A stretch of DNA of 64,000 nt from Octopus bimaculoides (GCF_001194135.2 NC_068983.1:49707743-49771742); one strand, 5' to 3'. Shown: positions 39,877-54,006, counted from the stretch's first letter. Numbers and translations are program-made. The notes: generated from the sequence alone by a model not told the origin.

Positions 39877-40504
39877 ATATAATATATATTTAACATCTTT
39901 ACTCCTTCAGACATATTGTATCTATTGTATGGTTAATGATTGATTAAAATAGGAAAAAGTTGAATAAATAAACTGCCTAGGTCTCTAGTTATAAATAAAG
40001 TATAATAAAATGCACAGAGGCCAGGTTGCTTAGATGTTTGATAAGACAGATTTCTATATTGTTAAACAGTTGTGATATCTTCCCAAAAGTAATTGACTTT
40101 TGAAAAGATTTATTTCAAAAATCTTGATACATAGTTTCATTTTTTTTTTTATCTACTACAATATACATTCTTTTAAAATTATTATTATTATTATTAAAAA
40201 TCAAGTTGCTGTTATTGCTGTCACTGAAGTCGCTTGTTGCTGATGTTAAGGCTGCCATTTTGATTTTTTTTCTGATGGTTACTGACTGCAGGACTCTATA
40301 TAATACTATAGCAATGGAATTTCAAATAGAAGCATTGTTTTTGTTGTTGTTGTTGTTGTAGCTGTTGTTGCTTATGTTGCTTCTAGTTTTCAATGTTCTT
40401 TTGACATTTTAAGATTTTCTTTCAAAAACAAAACAAAAAGAAAATAAAGAAAATCTCGGCATTAGCTATTTTCTTTATTTAGACATTTTTACTTCCAACC
40501 TTAC

Positions 40505-40603
40505 CAAACAGTCCAACAGTGACACAACACCAATAAGAAAGACAATATCAATAATTTGATATGCAAAGATAGAAAAAAGAATAAAAGAATATAAATCCTT
40601 AGA
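40505..40603 (-). CDS. Candidate 99-nt exon (SKDLYSFILFSIFAYQIIDIVFLIGVVSLLDCL in phase 0)
   Basis: Minus strand: long pyrimidine tract ttttccctatttttcattttgttttttccag| and donor TTG|gtaagg; length divisible by 3; two frames open; no homology recognised. Confidence 0.35.
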
Positions 40604-41656
40604 CTGGAAAAAACAAAATGAAAAATAGGGAAAATTCTTCAGCTCCCATCCACATACCACCTACACACTTTTGAATTAGAGAAGGATTTAAATTTATTCA
40701 ACAACATTAGTTTATTTCTAAACTCATCATTTGTACATGGAATTGGATTGCTTAGCTCTTAGTACATCTTAATGAATGATTTAGTATTCCACTTGGTCGA
40801 GAAATACTCTTGAGAGCATTACTGTGTGCCATATGCTATATCCTATTGATTCCTTGCAAGACATTTCAGTTTGGAAGAATATGATTAAAATACTTAACAC
40901 AGCATTTAATGAAAAGATTAAAGCAAAATGAAAACAAATTTAGTTAAAACTTCTTCTTTTATTTTTCTCTCTCATGCTTCTTATACACAAGATAAAATAT
41001 ATTAATACTTGGAAATGTAATAGATTTTTCTAAAATTGGGAACGTAACATATAAAGATGAAAAAACATTGATTTACAAGTTATTTGCCTTACTTAAAAGA
41101 GAAGATTAAAGTAGCTTATATGTATGCAAATTTAGATCATTCATTCAATACAAATTGTAAAAATTTTTCTTCAAACTAACCCTCAAAATAACTATAAAAT
41201 ATATATATTTACAATTGAGCATGCTGCAACGTTTAGATATTATAAATTGCATCTAAGTCTCTCTCGTTTTCACTCTCTCGCTCTCACACAAGCATTCTCA
41301 TACTTATTTTAAACTAAAAAGATAAGTATTTAGTATTTGTTTTAACTCAATGGATAAATGTATCTAGAAAAAGATTTAAGATGTAGTAAAGAATGAAAAT
41401 AGCATCTGTATGTTTGAAATACTTATTTCTTGAAATTATTATTTCTTTTTTACACTTATGAATTAAATGTAGGACAACATAGTATAAGCATGCTTACATC
41501 CAGCAAAAAAAAAAGAAAATGAATAAATAAATGCAAAAGATGAGAATACAAAATGGATCCATATAGAAGAGAACAAGTTTTCACATCTTTTCTCTTCTAC
41601 AAATAATTTAGTATCAAATTATCAAATTTTGTTTTGTTTCTATTGGTTTACATATG

Positions 41657-42011
41657 GTTGGCACTCCGTCGGTTATGACGACAAGGGTTCCAGTTGATCC
41701 ATTCAACGGAACAACCTGCTCATGAAATTAACGTGCTCATGAAATTAACGTAGTTCTTGGGGAGATTCCGCGTGACACGGAATGTGACAAGGCTGGCCCT
41801 TTGAAATATAGGTACAACAGAAACAGGAAGAAAGAGTGAGAGAAGGTTGCGGTGAAAGAGTACAAAGGCGTTTCCACCAAGCCCTGCTGGAACCTCGTGG
41901 AGCTTTAGGTATTTTTGCTCAATAAACACTCACAACGCCCAGTCTGGGAATTGAAACTGCGATCCTATGACCACGCATCCACTGCCCTAACCACTGGGTC
42001 ATTGCACCTCC
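41657..42011 (-). mobile_element. SINE S2, tail variant a
   Basis: Homologous to 34628-35006; GTTTACATAT-like direct repeats on both sides. Confidence 0.85.
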
Positions 42012-42092
42012 ACCGTTTTACATATATAATAACCAGGCAGTGTCATTTGTTGAACCAGCAGAGTTTTAGACTATATTGTGGTATTTCTTTTC

Positions 42093-42478
42093 TATTCTTT
42101 ATTCTTTTACTTGTTTCAGTCATTTGACTGCAGCCATGCTGGAGCACAGCCTTTAGTCAAGCAAATCGATCCAGGACTTATTCTTTATAAGCCTAGTACT
42201 TATTCTATTGTTCTCTTTTGCCGAACTGCTAAGTTACGGCGATGTAAACACACCAGCATTGGCTGTCAAGCGATGTTGTGGGGACAAACACAGACAGACA
42301 GACAGACACACAAACATATATACATACAACAGGCTTCTTTCAGTTTCCGTCTGCCAAATCCACTCACAAGGCTTTGGTCGGCCTGAGGTTATAGTAAAAG
42401 ACACTTGCCCAAGGTGCAATGCAGTGGGACTGAACCCGGAACCATGTGGTTGGTAAGCAAGCTACCTACCACACAGTT
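42093..42478 (-). mobile_element. SINE S1 full length
   Basis: Reverse complement of S1. Confidence 0.85.
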
Positions 42479-42905
42479 ACCTTTACTTTCTGAGTTCAAA
42501 TCGTGGTTGGTTGTGTTGTTTAATTTTAATATTTTGGGAGTAGGTGGGTGGGGGTTCAGTAAACAACTTACCAATCCTGTACTGATGGTGATTATTCCCC
42601 GCCACTTTTTTTTATCTCTGTCTGACTGACCGTTTCAGGAAGAAACTGACTTGAGGTCCGACCTGGATAGTGAAGGGGTTTTCCAGTTCTACAAATGCTC
42701 CAGATGTATTGCATATCACAACAGCAGCCCATATGATTCCACTGTGGCATGGTATGGCATATATCGTACCACGACTTATTTGTTAAAAACAATAGCTTGC
42801 ATTTAGCTGGATGTTACCAAACCCTAACACTGACCATTAAACTATCAAGTAGGAATGGGTTCTTTTTCAAGTCAGGTAAACTGGAACAAGAACAAGAATT
42901 AAGTG

Positions 42906-43039
42906 CATTATTTACATTCGACAGATATTTGTCCTCTTCTTGTTTGTTGTTAACAACAAACGAGATGAGGACAAATATCTGTTGAATGTAAATACTGTAA
43001 ATAATGTACAGAATTCCTCATCTTTTAAATATAGAACTG
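42906..43039. mobile_element. Palindromic fold-back of the family A tail, centred on GTTAAC (42949-42954)
   Basis: 41-bp arms with 3 mismatches; AAGAATTAAGTG repeated at 42894-42905 and 43040-43051. Confidence 0.85.
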
Positions 43040-43858
43040 AAGAATTAAGTGTATTGGCCGAATTATCAAAGAATGGAACAAAATTGTTAATGGCATTTCT
43101 TTCAGCTCTTTACATTCTGTGTTCAATTCTTGGTGTGTTCAAATCCTATAGACTTGTCTCAACTGCAAAGGTTGATAAAATAATGTAACTGTGAAATACT
43201 GGAGTCAATGGGATTGACTGATCACCATTCCTCAAAATTGTTGACATAGCACCTAAATCAGAACCAACTATGTGGGCAGTAGTTTGGTGCTTCATCAACA
43301 CAGTCATTGTAAAGGGTCACAAACGACCATGTGATTGCACATAGAAAGTTCCCCTCCAAGGTACAAGTTGGGACAAGGTTGTTTATGGAAGACCAGTAGT
43401 CACCCATGCAAACCAGCCTCTGCTCTTCACACCACCAATGTTATCCAAAAGAAAGGTAACTCATTTCTACAGCTGAGTGAACTTGAGCAACATGAAATAA
43501 AGTATTTTGCTCAATGGAACAACACACTGCCCAGTCTGGGAATCAAACTCACAACCTCATGATTGTGAGCCTGACACTAATCACTTAGGCTAATTAAACA
43601 TACAAAATAAAGAAACACAGGTTGCAACAGCAAAACCTTCCATGTCTGTTGGTGTTGTGCTAGGCAAGTTAAGCAGTCAGTAATAATGTTTCCATGTAGT
43701 TAATTTTTCATAATTTCCTTCTGCTTTTTCCAGTTACTTCATTGGTTAAATTCATGTACACGGTACATTTGCTGTTAAAAAAGACCAACTTTATTTTTTA
43801 TTCTTTCAGAGTTAAGACATCATTGATCCAGGACATTGCATTGGCAGAATTATTAAAG

Positions 43859-44593
43859 AAGTGGTTTTCAACTGGAGTCCACATGGCCTTTGGGGGTCCA
43901 TATAAAATTTCTTTGTTAAAATTTATCTGCAATAAATTGGTTATACTTCTAAAATTCACAAAATATTTTAACAATTTCGTTTATACAATTCTTAATAGTA
44001 TTTAATTATAAAAATATAATATGACTGTTTTAACTCTTTTGTTACTGTATTTATCTTGAGATACTGTGTTTCAATTACGTCAAATATAACAAAGAATTTA
44101 ATAAAATAACTTAGTTATCATTAAGCTAGTGTTATGAACATAAATTGTGACTAAGGTTTGGTGGAAGATTTTAATTCAAAACTTATGAAAACAAGACATT
44201 TGTACTATACAGCCAGAGGAGGTTTCAGCCGGATTGGTATCGAAAGGGTTAAGAATTGTTTCTCAATTATATATTTTAATCCTTTTGTTACCATATTTCT
44301 GTTGAGGTGCTCTGTGATTCTTTCAATTAATTTTAAATGTTACAAAGAATTTAGTAAAATAACTTAGTTATCATTAAGCTAATGTTAGGAACATAAACAG
44401 TGGCTAAGGTTTGGTGGAAGATTTTAATTCAAAACTTATGAAAGCAAGACATTTGTACTACAGAGCCAGAGCTGGTTTCAGCTGGGTTGGTAACAAAATG
44501 GTTAAACATCGAATGGCTGTGAAGGTCCATTAGAGTGAAATAGGAATAAAAATGGTCCCTTGATAACAAAAAAAAAACAGTTGAGAACCACTG
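43859..44593. mobile_element. hAT-type MITE hosting a piggyBac-type MITE dimer (44030-44505)
   Basis: TIRs AAGTGGTTTTCAACT / AGTTGAGAACCACTG; TSD TATTAAAG / TATTAGAG; internal TTAA-bounded pair. Confidence 0.8.
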
Positions 44594-46137
44594 TATTAGA
44601 GTGTTGAATGAACTACATTGTAGTATCTGTATCACCACTGAGCATTCTAAAAGCTAGAGGCTGCTTTGAGAAGTAAGATGTGAATAGGCAACTGCCAATC
44701 TTACTGAGAAAACAGTCAACCTACACTGATACACAGTCAACCTACATTGAGGACCTAGAATTAGGTTGTTGTGGTTGATATTCAGCCCCAGGTGAATCAT
44801 ATTTGAGCAGATCTTTTCAAAAAGATTCCATCATGCCTTTGTTCAGACATGGTATATCTAGGACTACATTTATCTTGTGTTATTCCTTTATTTATTGAAA
44901 AATAGGGCATTGTTTAAGAGAGATTTGGCTGCTATACTTACCAAGCTGAACAGCCACATAAAGGTTTACTTGGGAGCTTAGCAGATGATATGGGTGTATT
45001 CAGCTGAATGCTACGAACAACAGTTATATTGAACTGTTATATAAAGATTTGTTGGTTTCTTGTATTGTTTATAACAACCAGTGATTCATGATTCTACTCT
45101 CGGTTCAAGGTTGAATGCTTAATGTTAGGCTCGCATTCTAAAAGAATTCATAGTCAAATATGGTAATTTATAGAACAATAGATAACTTTGAATCAATCCA
45201 ACATGAAATAATGGATTGAAAGTCAAAAGAAAATAAATATATTTCATAACATCAATGAAATGTATTTCTTAACATCCTCAAATATTGTAATAAGGAACAG
45301 CTTCCAAATTCATCTTCTGTTATCTTATAAATTTTAACTTATGTACATTTCCCACCAAATTTTTGAAGCATGTATGATCTGAGCTATCAGTTTTTCCAAT
45401 CTCAGCTGTGATCAATTGTTGTTCTTTAACACAATAACATCATTCAACTACAGTTGATGATGTTTCGGTATCCAACACATCTTTGGTCACTTGTAAATAT
45501 TTTCTTTCGGTAAGAGCTTGTTTCAATACAAGTGTATAATGGTTATTACAGTAGTTTAGCTTTAGGTTAGTCTTGATACAGCAGATACATAATTAAAGAC
45601 AGTTCTGTTAGTATGCTGCCTTGTACTTCTTTGAACATGGATAAGTGCTGAATGAGCGAAACCATGATCAAAAATGTTCCTACTTTGATCATTCTGTCTT
45701 ACAAGACATTGCATATCTAGGAATGCGGAAGGAGGAAAATTCGGTTGTTGTTTCTAGTATCTAATTTAAACACATAGAGGCAACCTCGGTACTGATTTTT
45801 TGTCATAATGACCCAGGTGTAAAACCACGGCCTTATGAGACCATAGATCCACCCTGGGGTCCGGTGCATTTTTAGAGTGTGTGGAACATATTCCTATCGA
45901 ACACTAACTCCCAATCAATTTCTTCCAGAAAGAGAGACAGACCAATAGAAAGAAATAAAGAGAATTGACTTCAGAACAAGATAGGGAATTCATTTACTCA
46001 CCCCCCCCCCCTCAAGTAGGCTGTATATACAAAATATGTTATACCTAACATTTATTCACAAATATATTTGTTTGAACCTAATCACATACCATCACCTTCA
46101 GAATCATTTGACATCAACTTAATCCTCTATTTTGCCA

Positions 46138-46340
46138 AATCATCATCGTCATCATTCAACGTCTGCTTTCCCTGCTAGCATGGGTTGGACGATTTGACTG
46201 GGGACTGCCGAACCAGATAGCTACACTAGACTCCAATCTGATCTGGCAGAGTTTCTACAGCTGGATGCCATTCCTAATGCCAACCACTCTGAGAGGGTAG
46301 TGGGTACTTTTTACGTGCTACCATCACGAACGTGCCACCA
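46138..46340 (-). mobile_element. RTE-type 3' end; similar fragments at 48625-48840 (-), 54370-54598 (+), 61925-62100 (-)
   Basis: Same 3' sequence as 3171-3694. Confidence 0.75.
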
Positions 46341-47352
46341 GCGTAGTGCTTATTTACTCATATTGTTTTGAATTAAGTATACATTTTCTTGTAGCATGAA
46401 CAGTTCAATGATGAGATTATTTATTTTTAGAATGACATTGTAGGTCAAGTGTGAGAGGCAGGCTCTAGCTTGTTTGAAGATAACAGAAGTAGAATATTTC
46501 ATTTTTGGATTTGGTTTGCAAGATTCTTTATGTGAGTTTGTGTGTTGAAGCATTAAAAATTTCAAAACTATTGAAAAGGTTGCAAGATGCAATGAAAATT
46601 TTAGAAAAATAAAAAAAGAAATAAGTGGATATTTTACTGGTGAATGTGTTAAATTATAAGGCACCAAACGAGAATGACTCTCCCCAGACACAACAGAGGT
46701 AGATTATTTTGGCTGGATAGTGCTGGTTTTATTGAGGTCACACTCTTCATTATAGCAGCTTTATTGAAGGGTATTCCAGCCATTCATCAAGAATGAGTTA
46801 GCACAAAATATCAAGGAACAGCACAACCAAACTTGATATGAACCATACTAAGAATAATATTAGAGGCATTTGAGAGAAATATATTTTGAGACATTTAATT
46901 CTACAAATCCTAATACATCCAAAAATCATGAGTAGATAACTAGACTCTTAGGAATATGGTGCATGTGACAGACTTGGATTTGTTTCAATGAAATATTTAT
47001 CTCTGATATGCTTATTACCAAGAAATGTCTGTTAAGCATCAGCTCAGCTCATTAACGTTCTTTGGAGCTTTCCAAGAATTTACATGTGTTTGTATTCTTA
47101 CAATGAAATATTTTTCAACCACTGTCACCCCTTTAGCAATTCTTTATCTACACACACACACACACTCACACATTGGCTGAAAGACTGTTTGTTTATAGAG
47201 ATACCATAATTTCTAGCTTCCAAATTTATATGTATATACATACATATATGTGTGTGTGTGTGTGTGTATTTATATATATATATAAATGTACAGATGTAAA
47301 TATCTATGTATAGATATGTAAGTATCTCTATCTCTCTCACTCTCTCTCTCTG

Positions 47353-47392
<40 letters not shown>

Positions 47393-47469
47393 AACACACA
47401 CACATACATATATATATGCATATAAATATATATATATATATATATATAAACACACACACATATATATGC

Positions 47470-47500
<31 letters not shown>

Positions 47501-47551
47501 TATATGTGCATATAAATATATACATATACACACACACATATATAGACATAC

Positions 47552-47600
<49 letters not shown>

Positions 47601-48310
47601 TTTATCCTTCGACGGCATTGAAAGACCAAGCCAAAATATTGCTGACACAGTTCCTCATACATCATCTTCATATGAATGTAATTGATATTTAAACTCGTAT
47701 CATTAACAATAAATAATGTTTTCAACCATGACTTCTGCTCACAAGCCGTTTCTTTACATCTATGAAAGTTCTGTTAGTTATATACTAGCGGTTTTTGCAT
47801 TGTTGAATGTTTTTATTATTTTTTCTTATATTTCTTATGTTTTTATTTTCATTTACCCAGTCTAACCATCTCACCACAATATTGCTTGTCTTTGTCAATG
47901 TTTATATTTCGTGTTCTGTGCAATGTTTGATTTAGCAGAAACTAATAAGCTTTACTTTGGAACAAGAACTGAAAAATAAAGTGTACTTTCTCTACTATCT
48001 GAGATAAATATGATGATATACACATTTCTATTACAGAGTAGAAATGGTGATAGATAAATAGATAAATAACTAAATAACTGAATAAGTTAGAAGAGTAGAA
48101 TGTTTGTTTAGACCTATACAAAATAAAGGAACTTTAGTCTAGAATTGATGTAAGAGTTTTGTAGATAAGCTATTAAAGTTTGAATGCAGAATATCAGTTA
48201 GTTCAAATCTACAATGTAGCCTCAAACATTGGTAATATGATTACTAATTACAAGAACACTTAAAAGTATTAGTAAAAACATGGTATCTATCTATATACCT
48301 ATATATAATA

Positions 48311-48365
<55 letters not shown>

Positions 48366-48373
48366 GCGCCCCC

Positions 48374-48407
<34 letters not shown>

Positions 48408-49302
48408 CTTTGTATTTCATGTTTTCATATTTCGTAATCCATGTTTTCATATTTCATTTTGTTTACGTTTTGTGACATCCTGTACCCATATATGCATATA
48501 TATATATATATACATATATAAGTAAGTACATACATATATATATGCATACATATATACATATATATATATAACCTGCTTTTTATATTATGTCTATGTACAA
48601 GCCTTTCATATGTCGTAACATTTCTTATCATCATCATCGTTTAATGTCCGCTTTCCATGCTAGCATGGGTTGGACGATTTGACTGGGGACTGGTGAAACC
48701 GGATGGCAACACCACGCTCCAATCTAATTTGGTAGAGTTTCTACAGCTGGATGCCCTTCCTAACGCCAACCACTCAGAGTGTAGTGGGTGCTTTTACGTG
48801 TCACCCGCACGAAAACGGCCACGCTCGAAATGGTGTCTTTTGTTATATATATTTTATTGCTTTATATATATTTTCTGTATATTATTATTCACCCTGTATA
48901 ATTGTTTAACTATTTACACAAGTAGTATATATCAAATGTGTATATGCATTCATATATACATGTGTGCGAATGATTGTACATATACGAGTGTAAAACTCTA
49001 CCTGCTGTACTTGTCTCCTTTCTTCTTACATATATGTATGTATATATGCTTATATATCTGCATGTGTAGATGTGTTGGACAGACAGGAGGGTATATTTGT
49101 GTATATACATATATAACTCATATGTATATTCAAGTTTTTGTGGCAAATGTGAATGTTTTACAGTTTATGTTTTTGTATAGAGATGTGTATATGAACATAA
49201 TGATGCGTGCATTGGTATATATACATGTGCATGTGCGTGTATGTGTGTATTGTATGTATGTATGTATATATGTATGTTTACATATGTATAGACATATATA
49301 TA

Positions 49303-49354
<52 letters not shown>

Positions 49355-49397
49355 TATGTATATGTACATGCATGTATGTGTATATATGTATGCACAG

Positions 49398-49431
<34 letters not shown>

Positions 49432-49804
49432 ATATGTGTACATGTGTGCATATGCAGATTCTATGAATGAATTTTTTCTTTCACCAGGCCTTTTGGAGTA
49501 ATTTCCCTTTATTCAACAGTTATTTCATCATGTTTTCATTTGTCTTAATAACAGACGAGATGCTGGAGCAGCTTTCCATTCTGACATCCGAAACTCAGAG
49601 TTTTATTATGGCAACCAAATGATTGTCCCATATTATATTACAGATAAATTCCTCTAGTTATATAATATCGAGGTCTCATTCATTTTTTTGTTGTCATGCT
49701 ATTATTATTAATATATATATATATATATATATAAAAGTTGATGGCTAACAGGAGAGGGAGATACTTCCCGATTGTTAACCCCATAAACTGGCCTTCACCA
49801 GGAG

Positions 49805-49853
<49 letters not shown>

Positions 49854-50994
49854 CACATATGTGTGTGTGTGTGTGTGTGTGTGTCTAAATATGTAATTAG
49901 TAATGTATGCATTCATGTAAGCTGTGTATTTCTATGGTGAGTGAGTGTATGTTCATATATATCTATTTGTATATGGGTGCTGTAATGTGTTCAGTGTAGT
50001 AGAGTTTGCAACAGTTTTCACGGTTCTGTTGCTACTGGCTAACTCCTGCAATGATGTGAGAAGCAGTCTTTTCTGTCAGATTTCCATGCCAGTAATTAAC
50101 CTTTCTTTTATCCAAGCTCCTGCCAGCCTTCCACATGATCACACACTACAGCTAGACACTTTATAGGCTCTAGGATAAGTTGGTGAGAGATCTCACAGTA
50201 ACAGTATTCTCCTGGAGATACACCATGTTGGCCCACCTTGATGGAAACCATTCAGTACTTTATCAATTATTCTGCTGTGGCTGCTGCTGCTGTGTTTGTG
50301 AGTCCAATATGACTTGTTACTTTTCAACCATATATATGTGCAGTTCTAGGTTCAGTATCACTGTGTGGCACCTTGAACAAGTGTCTTCTACTATAGCCTG
50401 AAGCCAACCAAGCCTTGTAAGTGGACGTGGTAGAGAAATACTGAAAGAAGTCCATTGTATATATATAAATTAGTGTACATTTAAACTCAAAGAGGAGAGC
50501 CATAACAGGCTGCCTAACATACTAGAAAGAACAGTCAAAATGTCCAAACCACAGTTAAGAGCAACATATATATATATATATATATAATATAAATAATATA
50601 TAAATATATGCATATATCCATACATATATGTACGTACCTACATATATATGCATATATACATGCATATATGGGTACAGGACATAAAAAAATCGTTAAACAC
50701 AATAAGAAATGAAAACATAAAAACAAAAACATAGAAAATGAACTTTTTTCGAACAACGTAAAAACAGAGAAATGAGACATGGAACATAAAGGGTATACCC
50801 CTTCTTCAGTTGTTCCTGTTATTTTCAAACAAGGAAATCTAGCACCCCCACTCAGCTCAAAACAATATCTGAGTATCACGATTTCCAGGTTATTTCCCTT
50901 CATCAGCACAGAATAATTGTTCGGCTAGAGGTGGCGCTGCCAAATTCCCGTTTGAAATATATAGTTTTTAAAGTGACAACTAGTCACTGATTTG

Positions 50995-51292
50995 TAAATT
51001 AGAAAATTACTACTTTTAAATATCACTACGTGAGATATTCAGCAACAGTACTTTGTAGTAAAGATTGTTTGCCAACATAACACGGCAGTCCTGGCTTAGG
51101 ACTTGGTTGAAAATATAAGGACACAGATAGTGTCGTATAGCCAGCTGGAGACAATGCCTCCTGGGGCTAAATTACAGCAACATTAGTCTTAAACCAGGAC
51201 TGCCATGTTATGTTGGCAAACAATCTTTACTACAAAGTACTGTTGCTGAATATCTGGCGTTGTGAAATTTGAAAATAGCAATTTTTTAATTT
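50995..51292. repeat. Long inverted repeat (~107-bp arms, ~80-bp spacer), MITE-like
   Basis: AGATATTCAGCAACAGTACTTTGTAGTAAAGATTGTTTGCCAACATAACACGGCAGTCCTGG is mirrored at 51193-51255; the outer arm portions are more diverged. Confidence 0.9.
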
Positions 51293-52156
51293 ATTCATAT
51301 TGCTTTGAATTATCAAGGCATTATCTTGTAGCTTCAAAACTTTGATGGTTGATTATTTTTAGAATGTCATTGTACAATAGGTGTGAGAGGCCAGATCTGG
51401 CCAGTTTGAACATAGAATGGGTAAAATCATTCTGAATAGCAATAAAATGTGAGAGAGTTGATGAGGGATATGAGATTGTGGGAGATTGTGTGAGACAACC
51501 ATTTGTGTACATTTAACATATGTACGCACTGAGTTCTTCCAGAATTCAGTTCCACTGGGTTGGGCAAGTTTTCTCAAGAGTCACATACTACCAGACATCC
51601 CAGTCCTTTATCATCTCCATGAGGTTCAGAGCCCTGAAGATAGCCTTCATCATTTCATCCTATGTTTTCTGAATCTCTCTTGTCCACAAGCTCCAGTTAA
51701 GCTTAGCAAATCAAACATTTTTATACAGAAGTTCTTGTCCATAAGCAAACCATGTTCATAACAGAAATTTTATAAATTCAAAACTTACGAACACAAGACA
51801 TTTGTACTCAGAGCTAGAGCTGGTTTCAGCCGGGTTAAAGAGTTAAAGTGGATTCAATTTTGAAAAGAGTGCAATGCATATATCAAATTTTAATAGCTCT
51901 GGAAGACCTCTTCAGTAGGCAGAAGAAAGATAGCACAGATATCTGAAGGAAGTTAAGAATCTTGACTGACTTCTGTATCTGCTAATAGTATGCAAACTGC
52001 TATGGCAAAGGGTCGTGAATCAGAAGTAGACAAATAATGCAATGCATTTAGATTGAAACAGACAAAGGTATGCTGCTGCAAGAGAATAATGAACTAAAGA
52101 AGAATGACAAATAAGATGAAATGCTGACCAAACATCAGATATGTGATCGTTCCCAA

Positions 52157-52722
52157 TGGCTCTGTGAAAGAGCAATACTAGTTTCAGAATTTGCTTCTGG
52201 GAGAGAAATCAACATGAAGTTACTAGACGTCATAGAAAGATGTTACAAATAAACAGACATTGTCACTTGACTGAGTTGTAAATTACCCAACCAAGTTTCT
52301 GAACAGTCTTGAATGAGTAGGAGTCCCTATGTACAATCTGATGTGTAAGCTTGAGGTATTGATTATTTTGCTTTGTAAATTATTCCCTGCAAAAGTTTTT
52401 AGTATTATAAGACTTTCCATCAAAAATTTCATTTATTTTTTTCTTAGAAGACAAAACCATAGAAAAATTTTGCTGGTGGCAGTTGTTTCTTTCCCAGCAC
52501 AAAAACTAATTGGTTTGTCATTTGATTTCCAAAGGCTTCAATTTCATGTCAGTTTGACCATAATATCAATTATAAGTCTCAAGAACAATCACAGAAAGTG
52601 TTTGAACAGAACCTGACAGCTTCAGTCTTTTTCAAATAGAGAGCTAATGTGGTTACTTCAAGAATTGAGAATAGTCTCGTTACTATAGCACCATACAGCA
52701 GAGCCAAGAATATTGTTTATAT
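52157..52722 (+). mobile_element. Helitron Rep/helicase (PIF1-like) C-terminal fossil
   Basis: Pieces WLCERAIL, VNYPTKFLNSLE*VGVPMYNLMCKLEVLIILL, SFDFQRLQFHVSL, INYKSQEQS, FSNREL-VVTSRI, AKNIVY match the Helitron motifs WLCERAIL / YPTEFLNSL / FKRLQFPVRL / TINKSQGQS / FSHGQLYVACSRV / TKNIVY; stops and frameshifts present. Confidence 0.85.
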
Positions 52723-53847
52723 TGTGGTTCCATAATCTAAACAAGACCATTTTGTTGCAATTCCTTCTACAATGACAATATACAAAGATTCTGATTCTGA
52801 TTTCTTATTCATATAAATGTCTTATAATGAATACTTCACTCAGTCAGGGATAGAAGGAGGAGAAGTGTGTCTGTATCTGTTTGCTAGTGCATGAGTACTT
52901 AAAACATAAATGAAAATATGTTACATACTGATACAAAATTATCATCAATTGCAATTTGTAGCTGTCATAGTTTAAAAGAAACATAAACAAGTTTTTTTAA
53001 CCATTTCAGGCACTCCAAGACTGGGTGATTGCTTTAGCCATGTTGATATACTAATTTGTACTTCCAAAAGTGAGTGGTTAAAGGGAAAAATATATACCAG
53101 GATGAGAGAGAAAGAAATATAAAAGCCAACCTGTCTGGCAGGGGAGACATTAGGATAAGTGCTTAATTTAGGTTTTAAAAGTAGAGAGACACTAGGAAGA
53201 GAGGAGAAGTAGGTAAAATTGTTGGCTTTAGTTTGTAATAGTAAAACAAGTTAAAAGGTATGATCTGAATGCATTAATCTAGAAAACCAGCAAGCCACTT
53301 CTCTTCTTCTCTAAAGATATTCTGCTGTATCAATTAGGTATAATATGGTTAAATTAACCAATATTCTTAAACTTGTTTGTGTATAAATATTTTATCAGAG
53401 GAGATAAACTTTCCTTAATGCATATGTTTAACAAGCTTTTAAGAATCATTTTCCCATAAATCAGTGATAACCAGTGCATCAATATTTTTTCATATCACCT
53501 ACAATTGATGCCACAGCTCTCATGTAGAGATTGTCATTCAAACCAAAATTATCTGCCTGGTTCAACAAAATAGCTTCAAGATAGAACTAAGATATTTGCA
53601 TAAAGGAGCAGCGAAAATAAAATATAATTATTTTAATAAGTAAATTTATGAAAATTTTAGTATTCATGGCAAAATTCTTCACACTGATAATCTAACCTCT
53701 TTTATTTTTTCTAATCTGATTTGTTTTTGCTTTGTTTTTTTTTTAAACAAATTTTCTATCAGTGAAGTCTTTCTCTCTTTGTTATATAAGTCGTGTGCAT
53801 ATTGCTACACTTAAATGGGGATTGTACACAGAACTTTATCTCAGGTA

Positions 53848-54006
53848 CAGGAGTGGCTGTGTGGTAAGAAGCTTGCTTCCCAGCCACATGGTTCTGGGTT
53901 CAGTCCCATTTTGTGACACCTTGGGCAAGTGTCTTCTACTATAGCCTCATGCCAACCAAAGCCTTGTGAGTGGATTTGGTAGACAGAAAATGAAAGAAGC
54001 CCATTG

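Noticed and set aside
40115-40275. CAAAATGGCAGCC start or YY1-like motif opening a 46-codon minus ORF
   Set aside because: No convincing donor, no CpG-rich promoter context, low-complexity product.
45290-45560. Protein-like minus-strand reading, and a plus-strand exon candidate (45454-45509)
   Set aside because: Multiple in-frame stops, no recognisable motif; the two readings are mutually antisense and unsupported.
48657-49466. 269-aa ORF and similar YI/CV/TH-rich ORFs throughout the track
   Set aside because: Translations of (TA)n/(TG)n/(CA)n microsatellites; this one starts in an antisense RTE fragment.
50810-50915. Additional hammerhead on the minus strand (CTGATGA...GAAA)
   Set aside because: Stem II/GAAA junction and stem III are too degenerate to support; only noted as a Penelope-like remnant.
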